From assembly GCA_910583995.1 (NCBI GenBank), contig CAJTYW010000003.1:80492-144491 (forward strand): DNA of 64,000 nucleotides, written 5' to 3'. The stretch comes from an uncultured Christensenella sp. GTDB taxonomy: Bacteria; Bacillota; Clostridia; Christensenellales; UBA3700. Below are positions 1 through 9,316 of the stretch, one piece after another. Under the pieces are notes generated by a model. The model made no database searches. It was not told where the DNA came from and saw nothing but the letters and a program-made list of their open reading frames with translations. How positions within the stretch are numbered: the first letter of the stretch is position 1; every line of letters starts with the position of its first letter. The translations under genes were made by a program, and so were the position numbers.

Positions 1-917
1 TGGATAAAAAATTTGCACCGCTTACAACTCAATCCGAAGTTATGCATTGCTTATTCTTTGGTATTATGCTAACTGCAACTTCCGTAGGTATTACAGTAGA
101 AGTTTTAAAAGAACTTGGAAAGTTAAAAGGTAAAGTGGGCAGTAGTATTTTGAGCGCCGCTATACTAGATGATATTATTGGTATTTTGATACTATCTATT
201 GCTATTAGTATGAATGGTAGCGGTGGAGAAGGTAGTGTAAGCATTACAGAGACTATTGTTAGAGTTTTATTGTTCTTTGTATTCGCGGTTGGTGCAGGTG
301 TTCTTTGTCACTATATTATCAAGTGGCTATCAAAAAAATTCCCTGTTTCAAGAAGAATTCCAATATTCGGTCTTGTAATTTGCTTTATATTTGCTTGGGC
401 ATCTGAAGCTTTATTTGGTGTTGCGGCAATTACAGGTGCTTTTGTAGCAGGTGTTGTAATGAGTAATATGACTTCAACTCAATACATTGAAAAGAAAATC
501 GATACTAACTCATATATGTTATTTGGACCAATTTTCTTCGCTAATATTGGTATAGGAATGGATTTTTCAACTTTCAATCTTGAGCTATTAGGTTTTGGAG
601 TTGCTTTTGTAATCTTTGGACTACTTGCAAAAATATTGGGTTGCGGTGCAGGTGCATTGATGTGCAAATATTCACTAAAAGATTCTGTAAGAGTCGGTTT
701 TGGTATGATGGCAAGGGGCGAAGTAGTTTTGATTGTTGCAAACAAGGGTATTTCTGCAGGAATTATTGATGCAAAATATATGTTCCCAGTAGTACTTTTA
801 ATTATCGTTTCAAGTTTCTTGACACCAATTTGTTTGAAGCTTTTGTACAGAAAAGACGATGCTACTCCACTAGAGCTAGATGGTATAGAACCACCGCCTT
901 ACGAAGAAGAAGTGTAA
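1..917 (+). CDS. Cation:proton antiporter (CPA2 / Na+-H+ exchanger family), C-terminal part; the 5' end lies outside the window
   Basis: The frame is open from base 3 to the stop at 915-917, upstream of the tracked Met at 42. Multi-TM protein with TATSVGITVEVLKELG and ILDDIIGILIL motifs typical of this family. Confidence 0.8.
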   Translation, partial: DKKFAPLTTQSEVMHCLFFGIMLTATSVGITVEVLKELGKLKGKVGSSILSAAILDDIIGILILSIAISMNGSGGEGSVSITETIVRVLLFFVFAVGAGVLCHYIIKWLSKKFPVSRRIPIFGLVICFIFAWASEALFGVAAITGAFVAGVVMSNMTSTQYIEKKIDTNSYMLFGPIFFANIGIGMDFSTFNLELLGFGVAFVIFGLLAKILGCGAGALMCKYSLKDSVRVGFGMMARGEVVLIVANKGISAGIIDAKYMFPVVLLIIVSSFLTPICLKLLYRKDDATPLELDGIEPPPYEEEV

Positions 918-938
918 AACAATATATTTAAAGAAATT

Positions 939-976
939 AAATATTGCTTGCTTTTATAGTAGGCAATATTTTTTTT
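939..976 (+). terminator. Intrinsic terminator after the antiporter gene
   Basis: Stem AAATATTGC / GCAATATTT followed by a T-run. Confidence 0.7.
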
Positions 977-1089
977 GATTAATTTTCTTTTTTAAATTAA
1001 TAGTTGGTAAATTTTGCAAAATTATAAGAATTTTTTGAGTAATATTGTAGGCAATTTGTCTAAAGACTATTTGTATAAGGAGGAAAATT

Positions 1090-2157
1090 GTGAATTTAAC
1101 TAGGAAGAAAATTGTTTTCAGTATAACTCTGATTTTGCTTGCAATTGTAATGGCTATGGCACTTAGCGTAAATGGTACGGCTGAACAAGTGTTTTTGCTC
1201 AATTTCGCAAGCAGTGAAAAAAATGATAATTTAACAAATAGGCAAGTATACCTAGGCGGTCAGCCAATAGGTGTGGAAATTAAGCCTAATGGTTTATTGA
1301 TAGAAGGCGTTTTGCCGGTAGTAACAGCAGATGGTGTAAAAACTCCGCTTAAGGAATTTGATATTAAAAAAGGCGATTTGCTTAAAAATATAAATGGAAT
1401 ACAAGTAAGCAGCGAGGAAGATATTGCAAATATTTTGGATAATGCTAAAGATGGAAATATCGAATTGTGCGTTATGAGAAATGGTAATCCGTTTATTTGC
1501 AATACAAAAGCCGTTAAGGATAGTATTTCAGGTAATTACAAGTTAGGTTTAAGCGTATCCGATGCGACTGACGGAATAGGCACATTGACTTTTGTAGATA
1601 TGAAAGACGGAAGATTTGGTGCATTAGGTCACCCTATAAGCGAACTTCACGGGAAGGACGGAACAAATAAAGTTAGTGGCTTTATATGTGATGCAAATGT
1701 ATTTAGTGTTTACAAAGGTGAAAAAAATCAAGCTGGGGAACTTGTGGGGAATCTAGTAAAAGATGTTAAGCTTGGTGTGATTGACACAAATGAAACCCAA
1801 GGTATATTTGGTGAGTATACAGGAGATACTTCGGGATTGAAAAAGATTAATATCGCGTCCCATAAAAATGTTAAACCGGGTAAGGCACAAATTGTTTCTT
1901 CTGCTTTTACAGGAAAACCAACTTATTACGATATAGAAATTATAAAGGCTTGCAGACAAGAGAAAGATAAGCCAAAAGGTATTTTGTATAGAGTTACAGA
2001 TGAAAGATTAATTAAATTGTGTGGTGGTATTGTACAAGGTATGAGTGGCAGTCCGATTATCCAAAAAGGTAAATTAGTAGGCGCAGTTACACACGTATTT
2101 TTAGCAGATAGTACAAAAGGATACGGCACTTATATAGATTGGATGATTGACAAATAA
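1090..2157 (+). CDS. spoIVB: SpoIVB peptidase (S55 family, sporulation signalling protease)
   Basis: GTG start 5 nt after AAGGAGGA. N-terminal TM, PDZ-like segment (IKKGDLLKNINGIQV), catalytic region GALGHPI ... GMSGSPIIQKGKLVGAVTHVF. Confidence 0.9.
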   Translation: MNLTRKKIVFSITLILLAIVMAMALSVNGTAEQVFLLNFASSEKNDNLTNRQVYLGGQPIGVEIKPNGLLIEGVLPVVTADGVKTPLKEFDIKKGDLLKNINGIQVSSEEDIANILDNAKDGNIELCVMRNGNPFICNTKAVKDSISGNYKLGLSVSDATDGIGTLTFVDMKDGRFGALGHPISELHGKDGTNKVSGFICDANVFSVYKGEKNQAGELVGNLVKDVKLGVIDTNETQGIFGEYTGDTSGLKKINIASHKNVKPGKAQIVSSAFTGKPTYYDIEIIKACRQEKDKPKGILYRVTDERLIKLCGGIVQGMSGSPIIQKGKLVGAVTHVFLADSTKGYGTYIDWMIDK

Positions 2158-2194
2158 TAGTACAAAATAAATTGAGTTAAAATTATAAAATTTT

Positions 2195-2231
2195 ATTCCC
2201 ATAATTAATAGATTATGGGAATTTATTTTTT
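2195..2231 (+). terminator. Intrinsic terminator after spoIVB
   Basis: Stem ATTCCCATAAT / ATTATGGGAAT followed by TTATTTTTT. Confidence 0.8.
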
Positions 2232-2290
2232 GCTAAATTTAGGATAAAACAGCGTGAAATTCGACATTAAATTGTGTTTTTTTGTAAAAG

Positions 2291-2319
2291 TTGACAGCTA
2301 AAATGTGTTAAAATATTCT
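2291..2319 (+). promoter_or_regulatory. Candidate sigma-A promoter of the Spo0A-like gene (TTGACA-17-TATTCT), with a perfect 0A-box heptamer (TTCGACA = TGTCGAA reversed) at 2260-2266
   Basis: Hexamers read directly. 0A-box consensus TGNCGAA recalled from Bacillus. Confidence 0.45.
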
Positions 2320-2338
2320 TGTAAAAACAGGGGGTAGT

Positions 2339-2665
2339 ATGGTATACGATTATTTGTTAAAATACGGATTTAAAGCTAATAACATTGGATTTAATTATTT
2401 GGTAGATATCATTACTTTAGGTATTAAAGGGGAAAATTTAGAGCCGATGTCAAAAGTCGGATATAAGCTTATTGCGGATAAATACGGCAAAAATATTGCT
2501 ACAATTGAAAAAGATATACAAAATAGCATTAGCAATGCTTGGCTTTATGGTAACAATGATTTGTTGTATCAAACTTTTGGGGCAACTATTTCAGATGTAA
2601 AAGGAAAACCTACAAACAAACACTTTATTTATACTATGATTGAAAAAATAAAGTTTGAAATGTGA
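2339..2665 (+). CDS. Spo0A C-terminal (DNA-binding) domain protein lacking the receiver domain
   Basis: 108 aa. By eye it aligns with the Spo0A effector domain: IGFNYLVDII, IADKYGKNIATIEKDIQNSISNAW, GKPTNKHFIYTMIEKI (compare B. subtilis ...VERAIRHAIEVAW...KAKPTNSEFIAMVADKL). RBS AGGGGG. Sits immediately downstream of spoIVB. Confidence 0.8.
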   Translation: MVYDYLLKYGFKANNIGFNYLVDIITLGIKGENLEPMSKVGYKLIADKYGKNIATIEKDIQNSISNAWLYGNNDLLYQTFGATISDVKGKPTNKHFIYTMIEKIKFEM

Positions 2666-2781
2666 TTTTTCTTGTTTATCTTTAGTATAGCTAGTAAAAT
2701 TTGTAAATTTAAAACAAAATACGACAAATTTATAACATAATTAGCATAAACCAAAAATATGGTGCATATTGTATTTTTGGT

Positions 2782-3396
2782 ATGCAAGGTGGATTTCGTT
2801 GTAAAATAGATTATGTAATTGCAAGTTTGAAATGCTATATTAAAGAGCATAAAAAGTATTTGCTATGTTTAGGCATTGCAATAGCTTGTGGTTTTGTTTT
2901 GGGGATTATTATATGTTCTTTAAGAGAAAATATCACAAGCAAGTATAACTATATCGTACTTATTAGCAATGAACAATACAATTTGTTTGGAACTTTTATA
3001 AAAGTGGTGATTTTATCTATTTTTGGTATGGTATTTTGTTATCTTCCAATTTTTCACAAGTATTGTGCGCCACTGCCTTATATTGTATTGTTTTATACCG
3101 CGTATAGGTTTGGTGGAAGGTTAGTGGGACTAATAGTTGCAGATAAATTTGTGGGATTTATATGTATTATTACATTTACTATTCCGTTATACCTTGCAGT
3201 GATAATAAGTCTTATTTCGGTAAGTTGTATATGTGAATATTACAAAGCAAGCTGTGGCGGACGGGGAATCGTTTGTAAAAATATTAACAAACAAATACTA
3301 AAGTATATATTATGTGTTTGTGGATTATATATGCTTGCACTTATTTTGATTTGTATTATCATACCTGCGATTGCAAAATTTATTATAGTGGTATAG
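2782..3396 (+). CDS. Hypothetical polytopic membrane protein (start uncertain)
   Basis: Long ORF with about 5 hydrophobic helices. No convincing RBS at the tracked start and no family motif recognised. Confidence 0.5.
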   Translation: MQGGFRCKIDYVIASLKCYIKEHKKYLLCLGIAIACGFVLGIIICSLRENITSKYNYIVLISNEQYNLFGTFIKVVILSIFGMVFCYLPIFHKYCAPLPYIVLFYTAYRFGGRLVGLIVADKFVGFICIITFTIPLYLAVIISLISVSCICEYYKASCGGRGIVCKNINKQILKYILCVCGLYMLALILICIIIPAIAKFIIVV

Positions 3397-3397
3397 A

Positions 3398-3426
3398 TTG
3401 ACAAAAATCTTCTCATATTGTATAAT
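3398..3426 (+). promoter_or_regulatory. Consensus sigma-A promoter TTGACA-17-TATAAT, with ATG 3433 seven nt after the -10 (predicted leaderless mRNA)
   Basis: TTGACA at 3398-3403, 17-nt spacer, TATAAT at 3421-3426. No Shine-Dalgarno before ATG 3433. Confidence 0.65.
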
Positions 3427-3432
3427 CACAAT

Positions 3433-4329
3433 ATGAGAATTTTTTTATTTGTATTAAATGGTTTGGGAGTAGGCAGTTTGCCAGATTACTCTAAATATGA
3501 CAAAGAATATTATTGTACTTCATTAAATATTAAGTGTATCGATGATTTGACTACACTTAATAAATTAGGTCTTAAAAAGTGTTGTCTTGACTTGGAAGCA
3601 AAAAACAGCTTGGGGTATTGTTTCCGTGGCAGAAGTTTATCTATTGATTCAACATTTGAAAGCGGGCTTAATGAAATACTTGGCAATGTTACTTTTAATA
3701 ATTCGCCTAAAGTTGAAAACCTTGTTGATGTTTTAAAAAGACATAATGTAGGTGTTACTTTTATTTCTTCAAGGGAAAATTCCATTGCAGAGCATATCTA
3801 TTGCGACGACAAAGCGGTTTTTGAAAATGTAAATAGTAGCACTAATAAAGATAGTGTAGTTATTGCAGAGTTAAACGATTTTGCAAAAGCAGGACTTGTT
3901 GGAGACACTGAAGGTATGGAGACTGCAATAAAATTTGCAGATAAAAAAATAGCTGAGATTATAAGTCATTTAACATATAATGATATTTTAATTTTAACAG
4001 GTAATTTTGGTGTTAATCCACTGAAAATCGGGATTACAAGAGAATATAACCCTATATTTATCCTATCTAAAATTGCAAGGGGCAATAGTGTACTTAAAAC
4101 AATTCAAGGCAATGACTCAATAGCTATGACAATAGTAAATTTACTAAATATTTATCCTAACAGCAAAAGTATTGTAGATGATAGTTTTGTGGAGAAAATG
4201 CAAAATAACGGCTTGTATTATAAAGGCGATAGGATTATTGGTAGTATTGGAAAAGTTAAGGAACTAAAAGTGCCTATTGCAAGAGAAAGAAAAACTAAAG
4301 ATAAAAGCAAAACCAATGATAAAAAATAA
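3433..4329 (+). CDS. Phosphopentomutase (DeoB)-like protein with substituted metal-ligand motifs; probable pseudoenzyme
   Basis: RIFLFVLNGLGVGSLPD corresponds to DeoB ...VLDSxGIGxxPD. TGNFGVNP...ITREYNP corresponds to DeoB TADHGNDP...HTREYVP. The tracked TTG start at 3418 lies inside the promoter, so ATG 3433 is preferred. Confidence 0.65.
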   Translation: MRIFLFVLNGLGVGSLPDYSKYDKEYYCTSLNIKCIDDLTTLNKLGLKKCCLDLEAKNSLGYCFRGRSLSIDSTFESGLNEILGNVTFNNSPKVENLVDVLKRHNVGVTFISSRENSIAEHIYCDDKAVFENVNSSTNKDSVVIAELNDFAKAGLVGDTEGMETAIKFADKKIAEIISHLTYNDILILTGNFGVNPLKIGITREYNPIFILSKIARGNSVLKTIQGNDSIAMTIVNLLNIYPNSKSIVDDSFVEKMQNNGLYYKGDRIIGSIGKVKELKVPIARERKTKDKSKTNDKK

Positions 4330-4531
4330 AGCTCTCAAAATTATAAAAGTAGCGATTTTTGACGAGTTTTTATAAAAAATTGTTTATTAATTGGCTAATT
4401 ATTTGATTATCAATAAATGTAAAGCAAAAAATAATTAATTATTTTGATTTATAGTATATAAAAAATGCAGTTAATAAATGTGTATAACTTCTTTATATTA
4501 TCACAAACTACCAGTAGTAAGAGGTGAGATT

Positions 4532-5665
4532 ATGAAGAAGTTTTTTTATTGCTTAGTTTTATTGATTACAATGTGTGCGGTATTTGCCTGCACAGGAATG
4601 ACTGCAAAAGAACAAGTTGTTGGGTCTGACAATTGTTATATGGTTGACTTTAACAGCGGAAGAGTGCTTTATGCAAAAGGTGAAAATGATAGAAAACCTA
4701 TTGCAAGTATGGTAAAAATAATGACATTACTTTTAACTTTTGAAAATGTTGATAGCGGTAAGCTTTCACTTGACCAAAAGGTAACTATTTCACACGATGC
4801 AGCAAAACAAGTCGGTTCAGAAATGTTCCTTGACGAAGGACAAGAATATCCTTTGTCAGATTTGGTAAAAGGTATTGTTACAATGAGTGCAAACGATGCT
4901 TCAGTTGCTGTAGCAGAATTAATTGCAGGTGATGAAGTAGCTTTTACAAATGTAATGAATGAGAGAGCAAAAAGCCTTGGTATGAATGATACTTTGTTTG
5001 CAAATGCAACAGGTTATCCTACTAAAGAAGAGCAATATTCTACTGCAAAAGATGTAACTTGTATGATGAGAGAACTTGCTAAACATAAAGAATATTACAA
5101 TTATTCTACAGTTTGGTTAGAAGATTATACACACCCATCAGGCAGAGTAACTCAAATGGCAAACACTAATAAGCTAATAAGACATTACAAAGGCTGTGAT
5201 GGTGGTAAGACAGGTTATACAGATAGTGCTAAGTTTTGTTTAGCGGGTACTGCTACAAGAAATGGTATGAGAGTAGTTGGTAGTGTGCTAGGTGCAAATG
5301 ACTCAAAAGCAAGATTTAGAGCAATGTCAAGTTTGTTTAACTATTCTTTTAATAACTTTAAACAAGTTGTATTGGTAAAAGGCGGTTCACCACTTAGCGT
5401 AGATGTTAAAGTCAACGGTGGTAAAAAAGATAAACTTAGTGTGATTGCAAAAAATGATTTATCTGTATTGCAAGCTCGTGGCGAAAATAACGCTAAACTT
5501 GAATACAACATTCCTGAAAGTGTAAAAGCACCTATAAATTGCGGTGATAAGATTGGCGAAGTATACGCAATAGTAGACGGCAAAAAAATTGCAGTATGCG
5601 ATATTTTGGCTGGTGAAGAAATCAAAAAAGCTAGTATTTGGGATTACGTTAAAAAAATAATGTAA
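4532..5665 (+). CDS. D-alanyl-D-alanine carboxypeptidase (peptidase S11, PBP5/DacB-DacF type)
   Basis: ATG after AGAGGTGAG. Signal peptide, SMVK (SxxK), SAND (SxN) and KTGYT (KTG) motifs, C-terminal PBP5_C-like region. Confidence 0.9.
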   Translation: MKKFFYCLVLLITMCAVFACTGMTAKEQVVGSDNCYMVDFNSGRVLYAKGENDRKPIASMVKIMTLLLTFENVDSGKLSLDQKVTISHDAAKQVGSEMFLDEGQEYPLSDLVKGIVTMSANDASVAVAELIAGDEVAFTNVMNERAKSLGMNDTLFANATGYPTKEEQYSTAKDVTCMMRELAKHKEYYNYSTVWLEDYTHPSGRVTQMANTNKLIRHYKGCDGGKTGYTDSAKFCLAGTATRNGMRVVGSVLGANDSKARFRAMSSLFNYSFNNFKQVVLVKGGSPLSVDVKVNGGKKDKLSVIAKNDLSVLQARGENNAKLEYNIPESVKAPINCGDKIGEVYAIVDGKKIAVCDILAGEEIKKASIWDYVKKIM

Positions 5666-5674
5666 TTAGTCACA

Positions 5675-5709
5675 AAATAAACAAGCAAACCGCTTGTTTA
5701 TTTTGTTTT
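5675..5709 (+). terminator. Intrinsic terminator after the carboxypeptidase gene
   Basis: Stem AAATAAACAAGC / GCTTGTTTATTT followed by a T-run. Confidence 0.8.
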
Positions 5710-5842
5710 ACATACTTGTTTTTATTATTTATATAAATAAAAAATATTTACTTGAATAAAAAAATAAATAAATGTGTTTACTTTTATTATAAAAATATGC
5801 TATACTAATTATGATTAAGTTGTTTTGTACAGGAGATGACGT

Positions 5843-7402
5843 ATGGGTGAACCTTTAGTTTTGGTGTTTGATGTTGGAACACAAAGCACACGTGCATTTT
5901 TGTTTAATAAAAATGGCGAAGCAGTTTGCACCAATAAAGTGGAAACAGAACCATTTTATTCAGTAAAAATCGGTTATGCGGAAAAGAATACCGAAGATTA
6001 TTGGAATGCAGTTGTTCAGGCATCTTTAGGACTAAAGAGTAAAGCAGGGGATTTGTGGAATGACATTATTGCAATGTCTTTGACTTCTATCCGTGGTACT
6101 TATGCGTTTTTGGACGAAAACTGTAACCCTGTAAGACCTACAATTACTTGGCTTGACCAACGCCTTGCAAAACCTGAACAAAAATTTCCTTTTATCAATA
6201 ATATCTTGTATCGAATTTCAGGAATGTACAGAACAGCACTTAAACAGAGAAGAATGGCTCCTTCTACTTGGATGAAGGAAAATCAGCCTGAGATTTGGGG
6301 AAAAACTAAATATTTTACTCTTGTTTCTGCTTATTTAAATTTTAAATTAAGCGGTAGATTATGTGATTGCACAGCATCTCAAGCAAGTAGACTTCCATAC
6401 AATTATAGGAAGGAAAGGTGGCAAAAATCTTATGAGCTTACTTGTACCGTTTATAATGTGGAAAGGGGAAAACTATGTGAATTAGTAAAACCTGGCGATG
6501 TTATTGGCAAAATATCAAAAGAAGTTAGTGAAATTACAGGAATACCCGAAGGAATAGAAATAATTGCAACAGGTAGTGATAAAGCTTGCGAAACATTGGG
6601 TACGGGTGCTTTGAGAGCGGATACTGCATCAATTAGTTTTGGTACAACTGCTACATTGCAAATTACAACTAAAAAATATGTTGAACCGCAAAAGTATATG
6701 CCTGCTTATAATAGCGTAGTAAGGGGATATTTTAATCCTGAAATACAAATTTTCAGGGGCTTTTGGATGGTTACTTGGTTTAAAAAACAATTTGGACACG
6801 AAGAAGTAAGACTTGCAGAAGATATAGGTGTTACCGCAGAGCAGTTATTGGATAAAAGTTTGACAGAAATTCCTGCAGGTAGTAATGGATTAATGTTACA
6901 ACCATATTGGGCACCGGGACTAAAAATTCCTGAAGCTAAAGGTACAATAATAGGCTTTAATGATTGCCATACAAAAGCACACGTTTATAAGTCTATAGTT
7001 GAAGGCATTGGCTATGCTTTATACGAAGGACTTGTATATCTTGAGAAAAAAAGCGGACAAAAGATTACAAAAATTTCTGTATCGGGTGGCGGCTCACAAA
7101 GTGATTCAATTTGTAAAATCACTGCAGATATGTTTGGTAGACCAGTTTATCGTGTACAAACATTTGAAACTAGTGGTTTAGGTGCTGCAATGATAGCGTT
7201 TGTGGCAAAAGGTGAGTTTAGTAGTATTGAAGAGTGCAATAAAGCTATGGTGCATTTTAAAGATGAATTTAAACCTAATATGAAAAATCATAAAATTTAC
7301 AAAAATTTGTTTAATAAAGTGTACAAAGATATTTATCCGCAATTGCAACCGCTATATTTGAAGTTATATGAAATTGTAAACGAGGAAACTAATGAAATAT
7401 AA
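5843..7402 (+). CDS. FGGY-family carbohydrate kinase
   Basis: N-terminal LVFDVGTQSTRAFLF and C-terminal SVSGGGSQSD / TSGLGAAM motifs of FGGY kinases. Confidence 0.85.
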   Translation: MGEPLVLVFDVGTQSTRAFLFNKNGEAVCTNKVETEPFYSVKIGYAEKNTEDYWNAVVQASLGLKSKAGDLWNDIIAMSLTSIRGTYAFLDENCNPVRPTITWLDQRLAKPEQKFPFINNILYRISGMYRTALKQRRMAPSTWMKENQPEIWGKTKYFTLVSAYLNFKLSGRLCDCTASQASRLPYNYRKERWQKSYELTCTVYNVERGKLCELVKPGDVIGKISKEVSEITGIPEGIEIIATGSDKACETLGTGALRADTASISFGTTATLQITTKKYVEPQKYMPAYNSVVRGYFNPEIQIFRGFWMVTWFKKQFGHEEVRLAEDIGVTAEQLLDKSLTEIPAGSNGLMLQPYWAPGLKIPEAKGTIIGFNDCHTKAHVYKSIVEGIGYALYEGLVYLEKKSGQKITKISVSGGGSQSDSICKITADMFGRPVYRVQTFETSGLGAAMIAFVAKGEFSSIEECNKAMVHFKDEFKPNMKNHKIYKNLFNKVYKDIYPQLQPLYLKLYEIVNEETNEI

Positions 7403-9053
7403 AGAGTATAAACCGAATTGGAATATAAAAAGGGATAACGACGATACTTACCGCACTATGTTTAGGTGGGGTAACCCTGATTATGCAGACGAACCTACAG
7501 AAGAGTTTTATAGCTTTGTAAAAGAAAAATTGTCTCTTTCAGATGAAGATTTTATGATTCCCGCAAGTGAAGGCGAAAATGTAATTGATGTGGAAATTCC
7601 AGTTAAGATGTCAAAGACTCATATAAAAGAGTTTGAAGATATTGTTGGTAAAATAAATGTTGCGACAGATACATTGTCAAGAGTGAAAGCCTGTTATTCA
7701 AAGGGCGTACTTGATAATATGCGACTTCGTGGCGAGATACTTGAGAATTTGCCAGATGCTGTAATTTCACCTAGTTCGGAAGAGCAATTGCTTATGATAG
7801 TAAAATATTGTTATAAAAACAATATCCCTATTTATGTAATGGGTGGCGGTACTAATATTACTAGGAGCAATGAAAATTTGCGTGGTGGTATAAAAATTGA
7901 TTTAAAAAGAAACCTTAACAAGATTATATCTTTTAGTGCTATCGACCAAACCGTTACTGTTATGGCAGGTATTACAGGCCCGCAACTTGAAGAAATATTA
8001 AACAATGCAAATGAGTATTTTACAAATGTAAACGGAAGGTATACTATTGGACATATTCCTGAATCCTTTGAATTTTCAACTGTCGGTGGTTGGGTTGCAA
8101 GCCGCAGCATAGGACAGAATAGTATGAGATATGGTGGTATTGATGATATTTTGCTATCAAGCAGATACATTACCCCAAAAGGAATAATGGAAACAGATGT
8201 TTGCACAAGAGATAGTTGTTTGCCTGCAATTGACGAAATTATGCTTGGCAGTGAAGGAAAACTTGGTATATTGGTTAGCTGTACTTTAAAGGTAAGGAAA
8301 TATACTTATGAGACTAAAAAGGCGTTTTCTTATGTGTTTAAAAACTGGGAGTCAGCTGTAACTTGTGCAAGAGAACTTGTTCAAAGAGAAATTTGCTCAC
8401 CTAGTTTTTTGAGAGTTTGTGATAAGGGCAGTACGGAAATAATATCTAAAATGAGCAAACTTATATCAAAAGGTATTTTGGGATTGCGTATTCGTGGAGA
8501 GAATGAAGAAAATAAATGTTTGCTTATAGGTTATACTGAAGGCGATAAATCTTTTGCTCAATACAATCGCAGAGCAATAGGCAGGCTTTGTACTCGTTTT
8601 GGCGGTGTATCTGCTACATCGTATCTTAACAGAAAATGGGATAAAACAAGATTTAATGATGCTTATATAAGAGATATTTTGCAAGATTACTCTATTGTAG
8701 TAGACAAATTCGTTTGCCCTGTAAAATGGTCAGAGCTTCAGGAAGTTTATTCTATTGCCGTTGATTATTTTAATGAAATCGGAGTGCTTAATATGTTTTA
8801 CTTGCAGGATATAAGTACTTATGGTGCACAATTGGTAATTTCCTATGCAAGAAAGTACAATGATATAAAAGAGTATAAAGATTTTCATAATGATACATTG
8901 GATATGCTTATTATGGCAGGAGTTAAATGCCCGCACTCATATTCTATAGGAAGGACTACAGATAGGACAATTTATAACTTGGACGAAGTTTACACCTTGA
9001 TTATGAAAACTATAAAAAAACAATTGGACTCAAAAAATATTTTGAATCCATAA
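7392..9053 (+). CDS. FAD-linked oxidase, alkylglycerone-phosphate-synthase-like
   Basis: FAD_binding_4-type segment PSSEEQLLMIVKYCYKNNIPIYVMGGGTNIT. N-terminal FRWGNPDY resembles the AGPS N-terminus. Overlaps the kinase gene by 11 nt. Confidence 0.75.
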   Translation: MKYKEYKPNWNIKRDNDDTYRTMFRWGNPDYADEPTEEFYSFVKEKLSLSDEDFMIPASEGENVIDVEIPVKMSKTHIKEFEDIVGKINVATDTLSRVKACYSKGVLDNMRLRGEILENLPDAVISPSSEEQLLMIVKYCYKNNIPIYVMGGGTNITRSNENLRGGIKIDLKRNLNKIISFSAIDQTVTVMAGITGPQLEEILNNANEYFTNVNGRYTIGHIPESFEFSTVGGWVASRSIGQNSMRYGGIDDILLSSRYITPKGIMETDVCTRDSCLPAIDEIMLGSEGKLGILVSCTLKVRKYTYETKKAFSYVFKNWESAVTCARELVQREICSPSFLRVCDKGSTEIISKMSKLISKGILGLRIRGENEENKCLLIGYTEGDKSFAQYNRRAIGRLCTRFGGVSATSYLNRKWDKTRFNDAYIRDILQDYSIVVDKFVCPVKWSELQEVYSIAVDYFNEIGVLNMFYLQDISTYGAQLVISYARKYNDIKEYKDFHNDTLDMLIMAGVKCPHSYSIGRTTDRTIYNLDEVYTLIMKTIKKQLDSKNILNP

Positions 9054-9093
9054 TAATTAAAAATATTGCTTTTAAAATTTATTTTAATTTAAA

Positions 9094-9124
9094 AAATCTA
9101 TCGGATTTCCGATAGATTTTTTTT
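9094..9124 (+). terminator. Intrinsic terminator after the oxidase gene
   Basis: 11-bp stem AAATCTATCGG / CCGATAGATTT followed by a T-run. Confidence 0.85.
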
Positions 9125-9316
9125 GGTATTTTTTATTGATTTTTTAATCATAAAAAAATCTTTTTTTTGCCTTTTTGAATAATTTAACATTTTTGAAAAA
9201 ATAATTGTCATAAAAATATTTCAATTTTTTAAAATGGGTGTATTATGAAATTATAGAAGAAAATGTATAGTAAAATCAACATAATTCGACATAATCGGAA
9301 ATATTTTGATTTTTTC

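Noticed and set aside
29-745. Antisense ORFs 29-244 and 479-745 on the minus strand
   Set aside because: They lie entirely inside the well-supported antiporter gene. They are low-complexity shadow frames with no RBS.
42-917. Tracked Met at 42 as the antiporter start
   Set aside because: The frame stays open to the window edge and the protein begins mid-transmembrane domain, so the gene is 5'-truncated by the window.
2782-3396. Possible SpoIIM assignment for the membrane protein, based on sporulation-gene neighbourhood
   Set aside because: I could not find the SpoIIM/DUF95 signature residues. Synteny alone is insufficient, so it is left as hypothetical.
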